Positions 51,021 to 62,870 of a stretch of DNA of 64,000 nucleotides are shown here, piece after piece. The notes beneath the pieces were generated by a model. It did not search any database, was not told the origin of the DNA, and saw only the letters and a list, made by a program, of their open reading frames with translations. The stretch's first letter is position 1. Each line of letters begins with the position of its first letter. The stretch is from Chiloscyllium plagiosum (lineage: Eukaryota). The position numbers were made by a program, and so were the translations under genes. The stretch is from the NCBI RefSeq assembly GCF_004010195.1, contig NC_057718.1, positions 3,176,249 to 3,240,248 of the forward strand, given 5' to 3'.

Positions 51021-52760
51021 AGTTTCATTCTTTTCAGCTTTTCTGTCAGAACTTGGGACAGCGGCTGTTTGGCTTGCCAGATTATTTCAGAGGGACAGAG
51101 AGTTAAGCACTTTATTATGGGTCTGGAGCCACATGTAGGCCAGACTGTGTAGGAACAGCTGGTCCATTTCCGTAAAGAAGCTTATGTGGACCAGACGACT
51201 TCCAATGACTATTCAATAGTTTCAAGATCATTATTAATGGAGTGAACATTTTTCTGTTAACTAATTAAATTTCAATTTCCTAGTGGTCATAGTGAGATTT
51301 AAAGTCAAGTCCCTGTATTATTAGTCTGAAATTCTGGATTATTAGTCCAGTATAATTACTGTAACAGTTAATTTTGCATTAAAGACAGCTATACACTATT
51401 CCACAAAAGTTCAAATCATGGAAGACTATTTCCTTCGTGTGTTTTTTTTCAAATTGCCTTAACCTATCTTCTCTTCCCAGTAACACTTAGTTTAACATTT
51501 AACTACTGGATCTACCTCATTAAGATTCTTGAAAACACTTTCACCCCGTCAGTACTTGAGTTTTTCAATTACCTTTGCACCTATCTTGAACATAGTCTGG
51601 AAGTTGAGTGTCAGCTTGTGCAGTTTTATATTTGTTACACGATGTTCACTCTCTCTGTCTGTATCCGACATTGGCTTCTTATTTCCTAGGCACCTTACTC
51701 GGACCTACAAATCCATCAATGGCCTCACTATATGCCACCACTGCAGCCTCCTCTAGCCTTATATTCCCTCCTGTGCTCTCCAGTCCTCTGGTTCAAGTCT
51801 TTTTGTTCTTTTATACACCATTGATGACAAAGCATCCTGCTGTGTCAGCCCCACTCTCTGAACGACATAATCTTTCAGTCCTTCTCTTCTATTAAACAGA
51901 TCATTAAATCCCATCTGATTGACCAAGTATTCATTTTTCTCTCCTATCTCCAGTCAATATCAGATTATTGATTTGTGAAGTGTTCTCAGTGCTTGGGGTT
52001 AAACAGGTCATGAGTCAATTTGTTGCTGTCTAGACAAAAGTGTCCACCGAGTAGTAATTTTGATTCTCAAAATGCCCTTGTGTTGCAACCAGTTCCCAGC
52101 CCATGCTGATTTGGAATCTCAGCCTTTCCTTCCTCAGCACTGGCTCTGGTTATTGGGATTCCCTAGTTAACAGCCAGTACTGGGTCAATGGACAGCCCCA
52201 GGCAGAGCTGAGCTGGACCAGGATGATGCAAGTCATGCCTTAAATTGGAAATATTCGTCACATTGATGGGAAAAATAATGATTGACAGTTTGATCATTAA
52301 GGTTATAGAGTCATAATTAATATTGCCAGAGTGTTGCCTGGGTCTATGGTTTAATTGTCTCATGATAATCCCACTCAGACATTGCCTGCTCCTCAGTGTG
52401 ATTGATATTTTAATCTCGCCAGGTCGTGCAGTTTGGGTTGGTTTTATTTTGCCTGTCTTTTCCGAATTGTTGTCTCATTCCTCCGAAACAGGAATAGAGG
52501 AGCAGGAGTGGACCATTCAGCCCCTCTAGCCTGCTATCCCATGCAGTAAGGTGGCAGCTGATAAGATTGTGTTCTCCATCCACTTTCCTGTCTGACCTTT
52601 GACCCCTTGACTCCCTTGTCTCCTGAAACCTCCAGCAGCCAATAGACAGGGTGGGGTCGTGAATGACAATTGAGTGTGACAGTGACAGTCAGTGTGGAAG
52701 TAGGATACGGGAGTTAGACAGTCATCTGACTGGAATCTCTCTCCAGATATTCCTGAGGAA

Positions 52761-52814
52761 ATGCTGGCTCTGTCCTGGATCAGCCTGTACCTGTTTGCTT
52801 CACATCACTGACAG
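52761..52814 (+). pseudogene. Possible decayed leader exon
   Basis: ATG frame MLALSWISLYLFASHH*; a one-base shift gives ...LF(C)FTSLT. CCAAT (52639) and GGGTGGGG (52649) lie upstream. No GT donor is visible. Confidence 0.3.
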
Positions 52815-53312
52815 AATCCCGGCTCCCTCTCGGATTCGGGAAGTCTATTTCCCTTCCTTTATTTCCAGCATTTTTATGGGTGATGGGGGAAGGGGGTAGC
52901 CAGTGACCATTCCCTTCTCCCACCTTCTTATCCTTGTTATCCCACCTTTAGTTTTTCCATTTCTTACCCCCAATGTCCCTCACCCTCTCCGTTTCCCTTC
53001 CTTTCATTTGCTCCCTCCCTCCCTTTGATCTCGTCCCTCTCCCACCCTTTCCCCAAACTTCTTCTGTCTCTCTGTGCCTCTCACCCTCCCATTACTTCCT
53101 GCCCTCTCTGTGATGGCCATTCCCCCTGCTGGCATTTCTCTCAATGTTTTCCTTAGAAGCCCTGTTTTGCTGTGGCTTTAATGGCTGACCGTCCCATTGG
53201 TCTAAGTGGATGGAGGACAATCACATTTCAGACCTTCACAATATATTCTCCTCACCCTGGTGTCTCCCCTTCCCTTTCCCAAACTGCTCCTTCTTCAACA
53301 TTGCTTTTCCAG

Positions 53313-53587
53313 AACTTTCAATAGGCACAGGAACCAGGTCACGCATGCTGAATCTGATGAACAAAGCCTTGAGATTACCTGGGATCAATCCTTGGGATCT
53401 GATTGGGATCCAGTCAATGCGGGAGAAAAGGGAACACCGGATTGGGTCAGTGCACACCTTGGTGAAGCAGCTCACTGGCTTCGCTGTGAGCCTCAGGAAC
53501 GTTGGAGCTGGAGGGGGAGGAGGTGGTTTCTGAAATTGACCAGTGGGGTTTCTTGGATATCTCAATCAAGGAACTAGTATCATCACA
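53313..53587 (+). pseudogene. Possible highly decayed V(J) exon of another family
   Basis: Acceptor ttgcttttccag. Pieced across frames: EQSLEITW (W at the first Cys position), GTPDWVSA, FAVSLRNVGAGGGGGGF* (stop at the second Cys position), YLNQGTSII. Confidence 0.35.
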
Positions 53588-54083
53588 ATGGGCCAAATGG
53601 CCTCATTCTGCTGCTGTATTATTTGATGGTTAAACTTGTTCTTTCTTTCTGTCTGTGACAGGTTCCTGCCTCATTCTCACTTCTCTTTATTTCACCATTT
53701 GACTTCTCAGCCCCAGGGAGGGAAAGCATGGGGTATGGGCTTGATCCTGAATCTGAATCCCTCCACCTCCTCCAATCATCCCAAATCTCTTTCAGCTTTT
53801 TTTCCAATGTCTGTCCAACATGAGGACACTGTAAAGATGAAACATCCCTTTTCAGCTCAACAAACAGCCACACTGTACTAAACCCCAAAGATACCCTTTG
53901 AGTCTAAACCCAGAGAGTTTGGGGAATGACTGAACCTGAGCTCAGCTTCCTCTCCACAGTGAATCCATCCCCAAGATCACTCTCCATCACCTCCTCAATA
54001 TTCTTGATTACAAACTGATCTTCAATTCATCCACTGGGCAAGAGGTTATTACTGGATGAGATAGTGATGTAAACTCTACTCAA

Positions 54084-54428
54084 CATTTACAATGAATTGG
54101 CTGCCTCTCCTAATGATCCAGCCTAACACTTTACAGTAATAGATCCAAGCATCACTGGGCTGCACGTTTTTGATGGTCAGAATGAACCTGTTACTGGAGA
54201 GGTCTCTGGAAGGCTGGAATCGCTCTGAGAATCCTGGGCTCCATTATGTGATGTTCTTCACGTTATACATTAAAATCCACTCTGTATCATTTCCTGGTCT
54301 GCTCCAGTGCCAGTGCACATCAGTGTGTGTCTCTGCAGCATTCCTCATGGAGCACTGTAACCGAGCAGTGTGACCCTCGGTGATATGATCCAGGATCGGA
54401 GACTGGAGAAGGACTGGAGAATTTGCAC
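54084..54428 (-). pseudogene. VJ exon 5 (inactivated)
   Basis: 345 bp. ANSPVLLQSPILDHITEGHTARLQCSMRNAAETHTDVHWHWSRPGNDTEWILMYNVKNIT*WSPGFSERFQPSRDLSSNRFILTIKNVQPSDAWIYYCKVLGWIIRRGSQFIVN; TAA at 54244-54246, donor mutated to TTGAGT, acceptor offset by one base. Confidence 0.92.
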
Positions 54429-54934
54429 ACTGCAGGGATAAATATCAAGAATTTCAGAATCAATTTTCCAGGTTACAATGTGCTGCCAGTTGCTCAAACA
54501 GACAGTACAGGGGGAACGAGTACAGTATTAAATTGGGAACTGGTCTAAAATTGAACTAGTGGAGTTGGTGCAGATCAAACAAAGTTTATATGAGTAATTA
54601 AATAACTAACACATTTGCATGTTAAATAACTATTAGTTCTCATTACTATGAGTATTAAAACTATAATACAACTTGAAGAGAAACAGCAGGGTCAGAGTGT
54701 AGAGTGATGTTTCCTGATTAAAGACAGCTCCTGATTACAGCTCCTAGCCTCAGGCTCACCTCATTCCCTGTCCTCACCAGATGTTCCATGCTCCTCACGT
54801 GTCCCATTCCCTTCTCCCTGATGCCAGCCCATTTGGTGGGATACTGAGGCAATATAGTTACAGCGCAAAAGTAAGATGGATGCAATTACTCTGATAAAAT
54901 TATACTATAGCGCCCCCACCCCCCCCAACCCTCA

Positions 54935-57397
54935 CAGTGACGGAGACATTAAGGAACAATATTAAGGCAGATTATGGAAAGATGCAATAAAAACAGAATT
55001 GTCATAGCAAGTGACTTTAACTTCCCCAATATTGACTAGGACTCCCACAGAGCAAGAGGCTTAGACGGGGCATAGTGTGTTGAATGCACCCAAGATGGTT
55101 TCTTGAAACAGTAGGTGGATAGTCCAACTAGAGGAGTGGCCATCCTGGACCTTGTATTAGCGAATGAGCCTGGCCAGGTGGCTGACCCTTCAGTGGGAGA
55201 GCAGTTTGGGAAGAGTGATCACAACACTTTAAATTTTAAGATAGCTATAAACAAAGATAAGTCAGGACCTTGCGGGAAGCTACTACATTAGGAAAAGACA
55301 AATTACGTCAGTATTAGGCAGGAACCAGAGAGTGTTAATTGAGAGGAGCTGATATGCAGCAATGCATTGTTTAAAGAACTGCTGATGAGAGTTTAGGATT
55401 GGCATGTTCAAGGAAGGAGGGAGGATAAGGGTGGTGAGGTAAGGGAACAGTGGATTAAGGAATTGAATCAAAAGGGAAAAAGAAGCAAATATAAGGTTTA
55501 GGAAGCTAAAAATGGACAGGCCCATGACAAATAGAAGGAAACCAGGAAATTAATAAGACAGGAATTAGGAAAGCAAGGAGGGGCCGTGAAATGAACTGGG
55601 CAAGTAATGTTAAAGAGAATCATAAAGTATTTCATAGATATAGTAAAAACAAAAGGATAATGGGGGAGAAGGTAGAACTGCTGAAGGTTAAAGACAGGAA
55701 TTTGTGCTTGGGAGGAGAGGATGTGGGTGAGGTCCTGAATGAATACTTTGCATTGGTATTCACCCAGGAGAGGGATATGGAGGATAGAGAGATTTATGTG
55801 AAGCATATTAATATGCTCAGGAATTTTGATACCAAGAAAGAAGTGGTTTTGGATCTCTTGAAGAGCATTAAGGTGGATAAGTCCCCAGGGCCCAATGGTA
55901 TCTACCTCCAGCTCTTGAGAGAGGTAAGACAGGAGATTGCTGGGCCAGTGACCAAGATATTTATATCCTCGCTAGCCACTGGAGTGGCCCCACAGGATTG
56001 GTGTGCAGCTAATGTTGTTCCTCATTTCAAGAAGTGAAACAGATAATTCAGGAAAGTATGGATTCGTGAGTCTAACATCAGTGGTTTGGAAGCGACTGGA
56101 GAGGATTCTTTGGGATAGGAATTACACACATTTGGAAAGCATGTCAGCATGGCATTGTGCAGAGCAGGTCTTGAGTTACTAACTTGACTGAATTTTTTAG
56201 ATGGTGATGAAGGTGATCACTGAGGGTAGAGCAGTGGATGTTGGTTACATGGATTTTGGTAAGGTTTTTGCCAATGTCGCTCATGGTAGGTTCCTCAAGA
56301 AGATTAAGATGCAAGCGAGCCATGGTGACTTGGCCATGTGGATTCAGAACTGGCTTGACCACAGAAGGCAGAAGGTAGTGGTGTAAGGATTTTTTTTTGC
56401 TGGTGATCTGTGTCTAGTGGTGTTCCGCACGGATGATATTGGAATTCCTGCTGCTTGTGATATATATAAATGACGTGAATGAAAGTGCAGATGGGTGGGT
56501 TAGTAAGTTTTCAGGTGACACAAAGGTTGGTGGAGTTGTGGACAATGTAGAAAGTTGTCAAAGGATAGAGTGGGATAGAGAGCAGTTGCAGATATGGATG
56601 AAGAAATAGCAAATGGAGTTTAATCTGGGTAAGTGTGATGTGCTGCACGTTGGGAGATCAAATGTTAAGGAAAAGAATGAAATTAATGAGAGGACAGAAC
56701 AGGATTGAAGTACAGAGGGATCTTGCAGTTCAAGTCCATAGCTCCCGGACAGTGGCCACACAAGTAGCTAGGATGGCAAAGAAGATGTATGGCATGCTTG
56801 CCTTTATTGGTCATGGAATTGAGTGCAAGAGTCAGGATGTCACGTTGCAGCTTTGTAAGACTTTGGGTCAGTCAGACATAGAATACTGCATTAAATTCTG
56901 GTTGTCATATTACAGGAAGGATGTGGAGACTTTGGAGAGAGTGCAGAAGAAGTTTATATGATGCTGCCTGGATTAAAGGGTATAAACTATAAAGAGAGGC
57001 TAAAAAAACTCAGATTGTTTTCACTTGAGTGGTGAAGACTGAGGGGAGACTTGATAAAAGTCTACAAAATTATGAGATGCATAGATAGGGCTGACGGACA
57101 GAATATTTTTCCCAGAGTTGAAACGTGTAATATGAGGGGGCATGCAGCTAAGGTGAGAGGGACAAAATTCAAAGGAGATGTGAGAGGAAAGTTTTTTTAC
57201 ACAGATAGTTGTAGGAGTCTGGAACCCACTGCCAGAGATGGTGGTTGAGGCAGACTCAATAAGGGCATTTAAGAGACCCTTGGATATGAACCAAGAGCAG
57301 GCAGAAGGGATTAGTTTCATTTGGTGTCACATTTGGTACAACATCGTGAGCCAAAAGGTCTATTCCTGTGTTATACTGTTCAATGTTCTATATTCAA
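54935..57397 (+). mobile_element. 5'-truncated CR1 LINE ORF2
   Basis: DFNFPNID, DKSPGPNGIY, YMDFGK.F, QL.KTL....EYCIKFW and the 3' tail. Confidence 0.9.
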
Positions 57398-57464
57398 TGA
57401 TCTCTGGTGACCCATTTATTGTTCAGATACTGCAGCATCTTCTGGGAAGCTCTCTCATTCAAAA

Positions 57465-57800
57465 GGGTAGATGCTAGGAAATTGTTTCCATCAGGCGAGG
57501 AGACTAGGACCCCTGGACACAGCCTTAGAATTAGAGGGGGTAAATTCAGAACAGAAATGCGGAGACATTTCTTCAGCCAGAGAGTGGTGGGCCTGTGGAA
57601 TTCATTGCCGCAGAGTTCAGTGGAGGCTGGGACGCTAAATGTCTTCAAGGCAGAGATTGATAAATTCTTGTTGTCACAAGGAATTAAGGGCTACGGGGAG
57701 AATGCGGGTAAGTGGAGTTGAAATGCGCATCAGCCATGATTGAATGGCAGAGTGGACTCGATGGGCTGAATGGCCTTACTTCCACTCCTATGTCTTATGG
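57465..57800 (+). mobile_element. CR1-type 3' end fragment
   Basis: RRHFFSQRVVGLWNSLPQ..VEA.TL.VFK.EID. Confidence 0.85.
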
Positions 57801-58042
57801 TCTTGTGGTCTTATTCCCTGTCTATCCTGCTCACTGCTTTCCTCACAATTACCACTTTTCCATGAGCCTGAGTCCTCACAGTCCTCCCACTGCCATGTAC
57901 ACAGTACCCCTGAGTATTTACTGGGACTGAGGATCTCCAAATTACTCACTGACTCTGTGTCGCCCTGTGCCCAGGAGCTGCTCAGAGAGCCAGAACTCAG
58001 CTTCTTAGACTCACACGTTCATCTGATCTTTGGCCTTAACAG

Positions 58043-58352
58043 ATTCAGGAAGCGGCCAGTGGAGGTTATCCAAGCTGTGCCTACTGTGTGGTTATGGCCA
58101 TCCCTTGATGTCCCAGGACATGGAGAATGCACGTCTATTGCTTTGCTTGTGACCTGCTGTATCCGGAGAGTACTAAAGGATTTGGACAGTGTCATCAACT
58201 CCAGCAATGGGATCTGACTGTCACTTCAAGAAGTATGTTCTCAGTTAATGTTCGTATTGTACAAATTCAATCCCACATTGAAACCTGGACTGGGTTTTAT
58301 TTTGCGCACAATGAGTTGGTCTATCACTGAGAAACAAACACGCACTGTTGCA
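58043..58352 (+). pseudogene. Possible decayed Ig C1-set exon
   Basis: Acceptor ccttaacag. Pieced across frameshifts: PTVWLWPSLDVPG, HVYCFACDLLYPESTK, IW, MFSVNVRI, ETW, LFC; about 310 bp span. Confidence 0.35.
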
Positions 58353-60605
58353 GATTTGGTTTCAACAATAAAATGGACATTCTCAGCTTCAAATAAACCA
58401 TCTAAGAGTCTAAAGTTTGGGATTGGAATTATTAAAATTAAACTGCTTATACTGAGGTCCCCAATTTCTTAACAGTCCAAAACTATCAGCTTTCACAGGG
58501 GAAACTGGTTTGTACATCTAACTCCCACCAGGACCCTGTGAATTGAAACAATAATGCTTTCCAACCAATACATCCTACTTCCAAACAAAAATAACAATCT
58601 AATTCCATTGACCGGAATGATTTCAACATTGTCAGCTTTACTTTGTCAGCTCATAAAAGGTCTTTGAATGGAAACACATTCCCAATCACACTCCAAGAAC
58701 GGTCAGATTAGGACATCTGGTCTGGGTGGACCAAAGGGTCTGTTTCCATGGTGAATGACTCAATGACTCTAGGACTCTCAAACTGCAGAAATATTCCCAT
58801 TTTAACCTTTAAATCCCCTCACACACACACACAGACCAAAACTGACATTTAAAATACAAATTTCAAAATAAATGATATTAAAATCATACAGAAACCACAG
58901 ACTCACATCACGGTGTTTAGACTCTAATGGGGGAAGTGCTGTAGTAATCAAGCCCCAATTGATTACAAGTCATACTAAATGTGCCACTGAATCAACAATA
59001 CAACCAATTTATTGTTCTTCTGTTGTCTGATTTAAAGTTTAAAAAAAAGTTCATTAAAGACCTGAAAAATATCTTATTTAATATCAGCAAGACAGATTCT
59101 TCAAACAGGTAGAAATTGTGGTTGGCAACTACATTTCTACTTGAGATTACACCTTTAATCTCAGACATACATTCATTCACAGACAATGCAACACAGCTCT
59201 GCAGAAATAGTTTGGGATGTTGTTTAAAAAATGCCTGAAAGAAAGACCATCCCAGTAGGGCATGGAAATCCCATCAGAAAGTAGAATGTGTTAAATTTCA
59301 GAGTTCCTTACATTTCTTGTCAATGAGGCTGATACCTGAAAGTGAAACATTGATGGGAGATCTTCTGACCATAATTCAGATTCCAATGGGTAATTGTTCC
59401 AAATCCTGACATTGGAAACTTTATCTTTGCAAATACTTCATGAAGAGATTTTATCAGCTTTACCTTGTCTTTTACTGACTGAGAGGGAGAAATTGTGTAG
59501 GTGGTCCTGCTGAAAGATTTCTTCTCTTTTTATCAAAACAGAGGGATCTTTTTTTGCTACTTTTCATCAGCTTGACAATTTTGCTTCAGAGGCTCTCCTT
59601 TAATATCCAAACAGTTCCACTATCCAGTTTCTCACAGTTCATGTACTTTTATGTCATCCTGATAAGGGTTTTCTTTTTACGACAGTACTTGAAATAATGA
59701 TTCTGATGTTACCTTACATATTTCATGACTTTTTTAAAAAAAAAAGTACTCCCAGCTCTGAGAGCTCCTGCACACCCGTCTGAATTGCATTTTTAAATAG
59801 AATTGTCTCCACTGGCCTTATTTCTCCACCCAATCTGAGTATCCTTACATCTCTCTGCACTACATCTGATCTGCTATTGGTTGCTCACTCCCCCACAATG
59901 TGACAAGGAGAAGAGAAAACCCCAGGAATTACCTGAGCCAGGATGGGGACTGAAGCCAGGTTCTCATCAACATTCAACATGAAGCTCCAGCTAATCATGT
60001 TGAAAACTCCCAGAATATTATGATCACTCTTCCCTAGTCAGGTTGCACGGATGGCTGGAGTATAATGTAGAATAATAACAGCTTTCCAGCTTCAATCCCA
60101 GTCTCAGCTGTGGAAGCTCATGGAGAGCAAGTCCCTCCCCTTGCCCCATGCTCGCTGTGGAGTGGTTCCCTTTAACCTGGATCAAACCAATTGTCTCTCG
60201 AATGGAGAGAGATGTGTGTGTCCCTTTGTGCTGTATGGTTCATTCCCAGTCCCTGGGAGATTTACCCTCAGATGTGGCACCTCACAAAGCAATCTCCCAG
60301 ACTCTGCTCACCCAGCCCAATGGCACTAACACTCTTGTGATTCAAATGAAATTAATATCACTCAATCTCCAGGATAAAGCTCCACATTTCCCACAAACAT
60401 CTTCTCCCATTGTCACAAAAGTAAATCCCCTTTCTGAACACCCAATCAACATTGAACCTGAGCTCAGCTTCCTCCCCACAGTGAATCCATCCCCAAGATC
60501 ACTCTCCATCACCATCTCAATCTTCTTGAACACAAACTGATCTCTAGATCATTCACTGAGCATGAGGTTATTACTGGAGATCACTGTCGTGTAAACTCCA
60601 CTTAC

Positions 60606-60950
60606 TGTTTACAGTGAGCTGGCTTCCTTCACCAAGGACACTTTCCCAGACTGAGCAGTAATACACCCCAGTGTCACTGGGCTGCACAATTGTGATGGTC
60701 AAAATAAAGCTGTTACTGGAAGGGTCACTGGAAAGGTGGAATCACTTAGTGAATTCTTGGCCCAATATTGCACGATTAAAAACATAATGTTCCAAAATCC
60801 ACTCCCTCTGACAACCTTGTTGCTTGCGGTGCCAGTAAATATCAGTGCGTGTCACAGTGGCATTCCTCACGGTGTACTGTAAACAGGCAGCGTGACCCAC
60901 AGTGACACGTTCCAGGATCGGAGACTGGAGAAGTACTGGGGTTGATGTAC
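60606..60950 (-). pseudogene. VJ exon 6 (inactivated)
   Basis: 345 bp with AG/GTAAGT borders. TSTPVLLQSPILERVTVGHAACLQYTVRNATVTRTDIYWHRKQQGCQREWILEHYVFNRAILGQEFTK*FHLSSDPSSNSFILTITIVQPSDTGVYYCSVWESVLGEGSQLTVN; first Cys changed to Tyr and one in-frame TGA. Confidence 0.92.
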
Positions 60951-61026
60951 CTTGAAAATAAAAAATACCAATAAATCAACAGCAGTCTGATTGTTCTCAA
61001 CTCCCGCCAATATTTCAAGTGACCAG

Positions 61027-61247
61027 ATTCTGGATTAGTGGTGCTGGAAGAACACAGCAGTTCAGGCAGCATCCAAGGAGCTTCGAAATCGATGTTTTGG
61101 GCAGAAGCCCTTCCTGATGAAAGGTTTTTGCCCGAAACGTCGATTTCGAAGCTCCTTGGATGCTGCCTGAACTGCTGTGCTCTTCCAGCACCACAAATCC
61201 AGAATCTGGTTTGCAGCATCTGCAGTCATTGTTTTTACCTCTTTTTT
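61027..61247. mobile_element. Penelope-derived hairpin element in the intron upstream of VJ exon 6
   Basis: About 90-bp inverted arms; 14-bp target duplication TTTCAAGTGACCAG at 61013-61026 and 61248-61261; core CTGATGA-AAGGTTTTTGCCC-GAAAC-GTC at 61114-61141. Confidence 0.8.
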
Positions 61248-61516
61248 TTTCAAGTGACCAGTCTAGCATTCTGAGTCCTAATTAAATAGAGGAAACAGGT
61301 TGTCAGACTGAACCAGTTGTGATGGTTTGTTCCTGATTAATATCCTGGCTATCAGTCACTGTGCGCTAAGAACAGCAATACAGATGTTGCTATAACAGTT
61401 ACATGTTGAGTCCACACTGTCGAACTGCTGTCTGACAGAAGCTAACTTGCTGCACACTGCAATCCTCTTCCCTGAACTATTCATAGTGGGAGAGGCTTCC
61501 TGACAATCCACAGCAG

Positions 61517-61690
61517 ATCTTCGAGGAGAAAGTGAGAACTGCAGATGCTGGAGATCAGAGCTGAAAATGTGTTGCTGGAAAAGCGCAGCAGGTCAGGCAG
61601 CATCCAAGGAACAGGAGAATCGACGTTTCGGGCATAAGCCCTTCTTCAGAAATCTACCTGACCTACTGCGCTTTTCCAGCAACACATTTT
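61517..61690 (-). mobile_element. Short Penelope-derived element with hammerhead core (61622-61649)
   Basis: 13-bp target duplication CAATCCACAGCAG at 61504-61516 and 61691-61703; CTGAAGA-A-GGGC TTAT GCCC-GAAAC-GTC on the - strand. Confidence 0.8.
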
Positions 61691-62870
61691 CAATCCACAG
61701 CAGGTGTCAGGATTGGACCTGGGAAGGGTCTGCTGCATTAGAAAAGGCAGCGAGGCAGCATTTAAAGGGGCAGGATTTCCCCAAAGATCAACAGAGATCC
61801 AGCCTCTCCAGCCTCTCCAGCCTCAGCAAACTGAGGCCTCTCTACAGGTAAAGGTCCTGGGGGTCAGATTGGGGGCAAATGGGGCATCTCTCCCTCCATT
61901 CCCTGGATGCAGCATCTTTACCATGTAGGATCGAGCAAAAGTCCCCATCATTGAAAGTACAGGACAAAATTCTGAACTTTTCAAAACTTTTATTAAGTAA
62001 TGGAATGAGCTCCATGGAGAATACACAAACCCAACCCACAGATCTGAGCTGGCTGTCTGGAACCTTTGCTCAGCCTGGATTTCCAATTTACACATCATCT
62101 CTGAAAGAACAATCAACTAAAACAGACTCTGGCCTGAGGCTGCTTTTATTCCTTGGGCTCCCCAGAACAGACAGCATGGGGCCTACAGAGTTAACAGACA
62201 TTCAAATCCATTCAAAATCCATTCACATACAGTCTGAACAATTGGGAATATAATTGACTTCAAACGGAACAATAGAAAGCACAGATCTGGCGTGAAGATA
62301 AGGGGCTCATAATGCGTATAATTGTTGGTCCTGATCTCGCCTTAGACAGCCATCCCCGAGAGCAATCCCCAGGACAGATCCCAGGAGTTATCCCCGGAAA
62401 CATTCCAAAGAGCTACCTCCAGAAGGAGAATTCCAACAGCTCATTCCAAGAGCCACTGACACAGGCCTGTTCTGAAACAAGGGAACCAACAGTGAACCAA
62501 CCACAAACAGCAAACCCAAAAACTGACAAACCCCAAAAACCAGTGACCTGACTGACACCACAGGTCTCAGATACATCCTGAGGTGAAACCCAGGCCCGGA
62601 AAACCAGCAGAAAGGAAAGAAAACCAAGCCCCGATAGATCCACTACCCACCGTACCGCATCAGCAGATTCAGCTCAAACTGAGAGGCCCTCGCAGTCTAC
62701 AGTCTTCACCCAGGCTCCGGGCACAGCAAGCAGGAACAGCCAGCTGTACTTCAAAACAGTATTCTCCTCAGCGGTGAGCTGAAACTCCCGAGACCCTCAG
62801 GTTTCTGACTGAGCCAGCAGGGAGGGGGATCTGGGGGATGACAGTGCATTGGGAGCCCAAGGGCAGGAAG

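Noticed and set aside
54613-54620. Ig-promoter octamer ATTTGCAT upstream of exon 5
   Set aside because: Not seen at the equivalent position for other exons and no leader follows; the same 8-mer also occurs inside gag near 14113.
61027-61247. miRNA precursor hairpin
   Set aside because: The arms are transposon terminal-repeat sequence bounded by a target-site duplication.
62413-62643. Signal-peptide-like ORF DLSGLGFLSFLLVF upstream of exon 6
   Set aside because: Starts at GTG, has no convincing phase-1 donor after the hydrophobic stretch, and has no counterpart near other exons.
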